Shown: positions 26,389 through 31,627 of the stretch, piece after piece | How positions within the stretch are numbered: position 1 is the first letter of the stretch | How the letters are laid out: the number at the start of each line of letters is the position of its first letter | Origin: an uncultured Lentisphaeraceae bacterium | GTDB lineage: Bacteria > Verrucomicrobiota > Lentisphaeria > Oligosphaerales > Oligosphaeraceae | DNA: 31,627 nucleotides | Assembly (NCBI GenBank): GCA_964619145.1 | Contig: CAZUCG010000001.1 | Coordinates: 1-31,627 of the forward strand | Direction: 5' to 3' | The notes under the pieces: model-generated | What the model saw: the letters and a program-made list of their open reading frames with translations, nothing else | What the model was told of the DNA's origin: nothing | Database searches by the model: none | Made by a program: the position numbers and the translations under genes

Positions 26389-27365
26389 TGGCAATCTCCA
26401 AAGCGAGTTTTGAATTTGTTCTTCAGCACGCCGCGTTCTTCGAGGTGCTCCATACAGGCGATATGGCAGCCGCGCCAGGCGCCGACCTGCCGGCCGCTCC
26501 AGACGACCGGCCCCAACTTGTAATTGCGGGCCTCGGTGTAAGGCTGTTGATTGAAACCGACTTTGTCCGCCTCACTAACAATAAATGGATTGCACGACTT
26601 CTCGCCGCCGCCATGCAGCGCCACGCTGCATTTGGCAAAGTCCAGCTTGTGCCAACTTATTTCCCGGCCGGCAATCTTGACGCTGACCTTCTCACTGCGA
26701 GAAATGGCGCAGCCCGGGCATTGTTCTATACACTTGCCGCAGTGGTCGCAGAGACCACCAGAGAAAATTGGGTCTGGGTCGAGTTCGGCATCAGTCAGGA
26801 CTACCGCGAACATCTGTCGCGGGCCGTATTCCGGGGTCAAGAAAGTGCCGCTGTCACCAATCTCACCTAAACCAGCGCAGTAGGCCGCCAGGCGCATCTG
26901 GAAGTAGATGTCTGGCGCAGGGCGGTCATCACTGACCGGGCGGCTGTAGTCGCTGCTGTCTTTGCCGAAGAAAGCTGGGTTCACGTCGATGAAATCCTGG
27001 CCCATCTCGTCTGGATTGATGCCGTCCAGGTTACTCCAAGGGAAGGCGTCGGGGATGGGCACGGCCTCATAACCGATATCTTCGAAGATATTGCAGAATC
27101 GCCACAGCGTCACGGGTTGGAAGACCCATTTATTGCAGGCGTAGCCCATCATACTGAGTGGCGCATAGAAGGTCCCGGCTTGCACCCCGCGGTATAAACC
27201 GCGGAACATCCGGAAGCCTAACACGATTACCGATTTCGCTTCTGGGAAGATCGACATCGGGTTGTAGCGGGCAGGTAGCTCGGCAAAGCGATCTGGCGAT
27301 GCAATGCCCACTAAATCCGCGCCAGAATTAATGGCCTGTGCTTTGACTTGGGTACTGGTCAGCAT
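26382..27365 (-). CDS. Cobalamin/4Fe-4S protein of the QueG/reductive-dehalogenase superfamily, paralog A, 327 aa (alternative start 27371)
   Basis: GADLVGIA, AGLGEIG....LTPEYGPRQ....LTD, CDHCGKCIEQCP, DFAKC, GCHIAC. AAGGA RBS; its stop overlaps the paralog B start by 7 nt. Confidence 0.8.
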   Translation of the reverse strand: MLTSTQVKAQAINSGADLVGIASPDRFAELPARYNPMSIFPEAKSVIVLGFRMFRGLYRGVQAGTFYAPLSMMGYACNKWVFQPVTLWRFCNIFEDIGYEAVPIPDAFPWSNLDGINPDEMGQDFIDVNPAFFGKDSSDYSRPVSDDRPAPDIYFQMRLAAYCAGLGEIGDSGTFLTPEYGPRQMFAVVLTDAELDPDPIFSGGLCDHCGKCIEQCPGCAISRSEKVSVKIAGREISWHKLDFAKCSVALHGGGEKSCNPFIVSEADKVGFNQQPYTEARNYKLGPVVWSGRQVGAWRGCHIACMEHLEERGVLKNKFKTRFGDCQC

Positions 27366-27502
27366 AATCATTCCTTTGTCTGCAATAGTATATTACTCAA
27401 GCATTGATACCTGAAAAAGCTAACAATAAGAAAATAATTTAACTGCCATCGCCGAAATTACAACCGCGGAGAGGCGTGATTGGAAAAATAAGATCGCCCG
27501 AT

Positions 27503-27530
27503 TTGCGCTTGCCTGAAACTAGAATATATT
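27503..27530 (+). promoter_or_regulatory. Putative sigma70 promoter for the vWA/TPR gene
   Basis: TTGCGC, 16-nt spacer, TATATT. Confidence 0.35.
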
Positions 27531-27541
27531 CAGACTAATAA

Positions 27542-27634
27542 ATGGAGACCTGCTGGACGTTGTGGACCTTGTGTTGGCAATCGCTGAAATTAATTGCCTG
27601 CTGTGCATTTGCTCATACTATACTTCTTTGCTAA
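27542..27634 (+). CDS. Candidate 30-aa Trp/Cys-rich upstream ORF (METCWTLWTLCWQSLKLIACCAFAHTILLC)
   Basis: Open frame from ATG 27542 to TAA 27632-27634, which overlaps the next ATG (TAATG). No homology evidence. Confidence 0.2.
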   Translation: METCWTLWTLCWQSLKLIACCAFAHTILLC

Positions 27635-29094
27635 TGAATATTTTCTTGCTGACTATTACTGCCTTGGCTTTGGCTTTTTTGTTCTTGGCGGAAAAACGTA
27701 ACCGAGCAGGACAAAAGAAGCTCTTGGCCGCGGGCTATACTGCTTTCGCGCCTACCAAGTGGAGCAACACCCGTAGTCTCTTGCTGGCCTTGGGCATCAT
27801 CCTGCTTCCAATCGGCTTCCTGCTCCTGCCCCTGGAAACGGACACAGCCGGGCAGGAACAGCCAGTGCTATTCTGCATCCTGGATGGCTCTCTCAGTATG
27901 CTGGCTGAATCCAGCCCAGATCGGACTCGCCTGGCAGAAGCCAAGGAATATTTGCAGGACATCGCTAGCGCCTTGCCCGATTGGGAATTGGCGCTGCTGT
28001 CTTTTGCCGGCAGCGCTTTCCTGGATTTCCCGCCCAGCATCGACCACCAGGGTTGGCAGGAGGCGCTGGCTGCAGTGCAGCCCGACTTCGGCTATTCCCC
28101 CGGCTCCGTACCTGGTGAAGCCCTGAGATTGGCGCAAGATACGGCCGCTAGCCTGAAGATCGACAACGCAGTGCTGCTACTGCTCAGCGATGGTGAAATC
28201 AATGCAGAAAACCCTGCCGCCGAGCAGTCCTTCTGGACGCAACGGCGATTCCCTTGCCTGTATATACTGTTTGGCAAAGAGGGCGAAAAAAAACCAGTTC
28301 CTGGTCCAGCCGACTGGCTGCGGACTGGCGACGGCAGCATCGCTATGAGTGTTCCCGATAGCATAGCCTTGGCCCAACGCCTGGCTGTAGTAGATAGGCC
28401 CGGTCAGATGTTGTCAGCCGCCGCAGGCAGTGCTCAAGCTCTAAGCATAATTCGGCGCTTCTGGGGGCAGGGGGATGCACCGTGGCGGCAAGAAACCGCG
28501 TCCGAGCAGGGCAGTGCCTTCTGGGCTTCATTGCTGCTATTGCTGGCTTGGATGTTCTTGCTGGTTAGTTTGCCGGTCCAGTGGCAGCGGAAACGGCACC
28601 TGACGCTGCTGTTGGTAGGACTTAGCGCTGTCGGTTGGGCGGCTGAGGACACCTCGCCAGTCGCTCTGGCTCAACGCGGGTATGCATTATGCCAGCAGGC
28701 CCAGAATGACTCGACGCCAGAAAAATGGCAGGCCGCGGCAGATTGTTTCCGGCAGGCGCTGCTATTACGGCCCGGTTTTCTGCCAGCTGCTTATAACTTG
28801 GAATATGCTCTCCAGGGATTGGCGAAGACTGCAGTTGCGCCGACGCAGAAAAAAAACATCGCCTCGCGGGACCTCGCTTCGCCTCGTCAGTTAACCCAAT
28901 CTGGTAGCGCGGCGCAATCTGGCAGCAGTGTTGAGCAGCAAGATATCGCCCCGATGGATGCTAACGCGCGCGATTCCAGAGCAGCTGAGACATCGTCTTC
29001 TGACCGCAGCCGCCCAGGCAGCGGCACCTGGCGAGCATTGCGACAACGTCGGCCGCGGCGGCAGACTGCACCATCCAGTTGCCCGCCTTGGTAG
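27634..29094 (+). CDS. vWA-domain + TPR membrane protein, BatB-BatC-like fusion, 486 aa (alternative start GTG 27562)
   Basis: N-terminal TMs, MIDAS DGSLS, RLAEAK, FAG, LSDGE, further TM segments, TPR-like YNLEYAL, low-complexity tail, terminal Trp. Confidence 0.75.
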   Translation: MNIFLLTITALALAFLFLAEKRNRAGQKKLLAAGYTAFAPTKWSNTRSLLLALGIILLPIGFLLLPLETDTAGQEQPVLFCILDGSLSMLAESSPDRTRLAEAKEYLQDIASALPDWELALLSFAGSAFLDFPPSIDHQGWQEALAAVQPDFGYSPGSVPGEALRLAQDTAASLKIDNAVLLLLSDGEINAENPAAEQSFWTQRRFPCLYILFGKEGEKKPVPGPADWLRTGDGSIAMSVPDSIALAQRLAVVDRPGQMLSAAAGSAQALSIIRRFWGQGDAPWRQETASEQGSAFWASLLLLLAWMFLLVSLPVQWQRKRHLTLLLVGLSAVGWAAEDTSPVALAQRGYALCQQAQNDSTPEKWQAAADCFRQALLLRPGFLPAAYNLEYALQGLAKTAVAPTQKKNIASRDLASPRQLTQSGSAAQSGSSVEQQDIAPMDANARDSRAAETSSSDRSRPGSGTWRALRQRRPRRQTAPSSCPPW

Positions 29095-29115
29095 AAAGGC
29101 AGGCGATCCGAATCT

Positions 29116-29853
29116 TTAATAACTGTCTTTCCAGTATTTAGTGAATTCGTCGTATACTTTGTAAGCGCCTATAGGTATTTGCTCGTATGACAAAGCTTTC
29201 GCGTGGCCATCGACAAAAGCCTGATTTGCTTTGCGCTCGTGTCGAAAAGCCATAACTGCACGTGATTCACAATAACCGCCCCGACGAGTGCTCAGATTAT
29301 AGAGGTTGTCGATGCCAGCTGCGCTGACCAGCATCCGCCCCGAGGGGTTGCTCACGTTCAGCATAGCGTGCGAATAGTCGTGCCGCAAATAAGAATTCAG
29401 GCCATAGCTGGTATTTGGGTTCGGGTTGATGGTCCCGCTACCATATTCAGGCGTAGTATTGCCATACCCGCCACCAGCTCGGCAAAGCGCTTGCGGCGGG
29501 GTGATGTTATTCGAATAATTATGCATACTGACACCGAGATAACTGCCGATTACACCGGTGGCATTTCTATGACAATCACTTGGCGCATACAGAGAATTGG
29601 CCGTAAAACTCCCGTGTGGTCCAAAACCGTGGTTATCATCGGCATACATTTGCACAGCGGTGGCAATCGCGCGGACCTTGCTCAGGCACTCGATCTGGTT
29701 GGCTTTGGCCCGGGCTTTCGCTAATGCCGGCAACAACATTGAGGCCAGTACCGCAATAATGGCAATGACTACCAGCAATTCTATCAGCGTAAAAAACGCC
29801 CGCCAGTCACAAAGACAAGAGGATATGTTGAGAGGGTGGTTTTTGCAGCGCAT
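29116..29853 (-). CDS. Prepilin-type N-terminal cleavage/methylation domain protein with H-x9-DG C-terminal motif (DUF1559-like), 245 aa
   Basis: [29 protein letters not shown]....[36 protein letters not shown] 8 nt before ATG 29853. Confidence 0.88.
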   Translation of the reverse strand: MRCKNHPLNISSCLCDWRAFFTLIELLVVIAIIAVLASMLLPALAKARAKANQIECLSKVRAIATAVQMYADDNHGFGPHGSFTANSLYAPSDCHRNATGVIGSYLGVSMHNYSNNITPPQALCRAGGGYGNTTPEYGSGTINPNPNTSYGLNSYLRHDYSHAMLNVSNPSGRMLVSAAGIDNLYNLSTRRGGYCESRAVMAFRHERKANQAFVDGHAKALSYEQIPIGAYKVYDEFTKYWKDSY

Positions 29854-29902
29854 AGCTTCTTTCCTTTTTAAGGTTGGGACGTGCTGATAATACAACCGCA
29901 GA

Positions 29903-31627
29903 CTATTGTTTGACTGGCTGGGCACCGACATCAGTCAAGGTGGTGGCAAAATATTCCAGAGTCGGCAAAATTTTTCCTTCGCCGAATGGCGCGGAGACCT
30001 CCTGCTGATATTTTGCGGTATCCATCGGGTTGATAAACGGGTGCTCGCGGAACGTGAACTCTGAAAGCTCACGGCCATTCTTTTCGTGCCCGGTGACTTT
30101 TCGCACGCGCGCCAAGCCGGCCGGAAATTCGCAGTCTTCAGGAGGATACTGCCCTTCCAAGCCAACATAGCGCATAGTATCTTCGGGCGGGAAGTACCAG
30201 GCGTTGGCATCAAAATCCAGCTCGATATCACTATCAAACAGGCAGCGGCCGACTTTTCCCAATGCCTTCTGGGCGAGCTGCGCTAAGAAGAGGTTGTTGC
30301 GGACTGTGACCTTGCCCCCCGGGGCCGGATAATTAAAGGTGAAATGGTAGATGTTAGGCACAAAGAAGGTGTTGTTTAGTATGGCTAGGTCGCCATTGCC
30401 GGCGCCAGTTATCGAATTCACACCATCAGCGAAGACGTTGTTCTGAATCAATACATCGCTGCAGCATTTGATGGTAATCAAGTACTGATATACACCAAAG
30501 CCGGAAAAAACGCAGTTGCGGATAGTCAGGTCGTGGCAGGAAAACACCTGCAATTGCCCATATTCCTGGCCGGCCCGGCTGGCGAAGGTTTTGTTGCTGA
30601 AATTGCGGATAATCAACCCGTCAATGATATAATGGTCGCAGTTGTAAAGATGCACTGCGGCCGGTCGCAAGAAGTCCGAACCGTCCAAGATGACCGTGCC
30701 GGGTTGGTCAGCCTTCAAAGTGATGGGCTGACCAGGTAACCCGGAGACCAAGCCGTAGTAGGTCTCATAGTAGGTGCCCGGCAAAAGAATCAGTGTGTCG
30801 CCAGGACGGGCTTGCTGGCTGGCCGCCCGCAGTCCGTTTAACGGCTGGTCCGGGCGGCTGCCATCGCCTTGGCCGTCAGGTGAGACATATAGCTCGCGGG
30901 AGGCGAAGGTGATCTCGTTTGGGGTAACGAAACTCTGCGGTGCGCTCTCGTGTCGCCCTTGCCAGTCCTGCCGCATCCCGACGCCGGTAAAGGGCACGAC
31001 TTCGCCTTGATGATTCAAGCCGAGCATTTTTTCTGGTACGACTACTCGGTAAAAGTACCGGGTGCCGGGCTTGAGATTCTTGAGGTTGCAGTAATGCAAC
31101 AGATCGCCGATAGAGACGCTGCGTTCACGGCATTCTTCAGTCTCGCCATATTCCAGCAGTGACAACACCGGTCGGCTATTCCACCAAGCATCCCGTACTC
31201 GCCATTGGTCGGTATTAAGGTTGGGAATTTCCCAGGTGAAAGTCGCGCTGGTCGGCGTGATGGTTAGCGCCTTTATATTTTCAATACTGGGCCGCACGCT
31301 GGCCTGCACTGCTTGTCGCGCGCCTGTAGCTTGGGCCTGTCTGCCCAACGGGAATGACGGCTGGGCGCTGTTGTAGCCGCGCACTAGGTCAGTACAGGCG
31401 TCATAAGTTGCGTCTTGTGGGACGACTGAGAACAGTACCTCGCCTGACTCGATATCCTGCCAGCGCAGGGCGGCGAATTCGCACTGCTTTACCCGTAGGT
31501 TCTTGCTCTGTTGAGCGCTGAAAGACGCGGCGATGACACGGCGTAAATCCGTCTCCCGGCAATCGCGGACAGTCAACTCCTCGCAGTTGAGATTCTCCAG
31601 CAGCAACTGCTGGCAGTTCAGCAAAGT
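29903..31627 (-). CDS. 5'-truncated protein with FN3/purple-acid-phosphatase-N-like domain and right-handed parallel beta-helix (polysaccharide lyase/hydrolase-like)
   Basis: The frame stays open to the window edge. [28 protein letters not shown] (FN3); LYVSPDG..GDGS...P...L..A...[19 protein letters not shown]...G.V.LDG (beta-helix cap); repeated I.NC.F/I.NN.F rungs. Confidence 0.8.
   Translation of the reverse strand, partial: TLLNCQQLLLENLNCEELTVRDCRETDLRRVIAASFSAQQSKNLRVKQCEFAALRWQDIESGEVLFSVVPQDATYDACTDLVRGYNSAQPSFPLGRQAQATGARQAVQASVRPSIENIKALTITPTSATFTWEIPNLNTDQWRVRDAWWNSRPVLSLLEYGETEECRERSVSIGDLLHYCNLKNLKPGTRYFYRVVVPEKMLGLNHQGEVVPFTGVGMRQDWQGRHESAPQSFVTPNEITFASRELYVSPDGQGDGSRPDQPLNGLRAASQQARPGDTLILLPGTYYETYYGLVSGLPGQPITLKADQPGTVILDGSDFLRPAAVHLYNCDHYIIDGLIIRNFSNKTFASRAGQEYGQLQVFSCHDLTIRNCVFSGFGVYQYLITIKCCSDVLIQNNVFADGVNSITGAGNGDLAILNNTFFVPNIYHFTFNYPAPGGKVTVRNNLFLAQLAQKALGKVGRCLFDSDIELDFDANAWYFPPEDTMRYVGLEGQYPPEDCEFPAGLARVRKVTGHEKNGRELSEFTFREHPFINPMDTAKYQQEVSAPFGEGKILPTLEYFATTLTDVGAQPVKQ

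Noticed and set aside
25402-27365. Calling the pair queG or respiratory rdhA
   Set aside because: No QueG YAxGxDYH motif; no TAT leader or rdhB, and the proteins are shorter than typical RdhA.
253-31162. Numerous antisense or alternate-frame ORFs in the track (e.g. 2028-2585, 8618-9142, 15323-16027, 23267-23758, 24215-24841, 29935-30237)
   Set aside because: They lie inside well-supported genes, have no recognisable motifs or RBS, and are expected as shadows in GC-rich coding DNA.

Overview
This is a bacterial chromosomal window, about 24 genes, with no rRNA, intact tRNA, CRISPR array, transposase or phage gene that I could recognise. Gene content ([22 protein letters not shown] pilin-like protein with a C-terminal H-x9-DG motif, DUF4838 protein, NagB-like/PIG-L pair, long-insert SecA) suggests a PVC-superphylum anaerobe, probably Lentisphaerae/Oligosphaera-like; this is inference. 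Left to right: secA and a sugar-phosphate isomerase; a 1.4-kaa standalone SNF2 ATPase; a divergent NagB-like deaminase plus PIG-L deacetylase; a GlcD/D-2-hydroxyacid FAD oxidoreductase; folP-cdaA-cdaR-miaA; a six-gene + strand cluster (secreted DUF4838 protein, TIM-barrel isomerase, NodB-like hypothetical, ABC-2 ATPase and permease, GcnA-like GH20); a tandem pair of cobalamin/Fe-S proteins with reductive-dehalogenase-like motifs; an orphan BatB-BatC-like fusion; a pilin-like gene; and a 5'-truncated FN3 + beta-helix protein. Best leads: (1) the coupled, signal-less RdhA-like pair lacking QueG motifs; (2) a candidate non-canonical N-acetylhexosamine-glycan pathway; (3) a diadenylate cyclase with an RHR->RHS change and an insertion; (4) a Trp/Cys-rich uORF coupled to the Bat fusion. 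All family calls come from motif recognition by eye; no database search was run. Several starts were moved from the ORF track on the basis of RBS or gene overlap.
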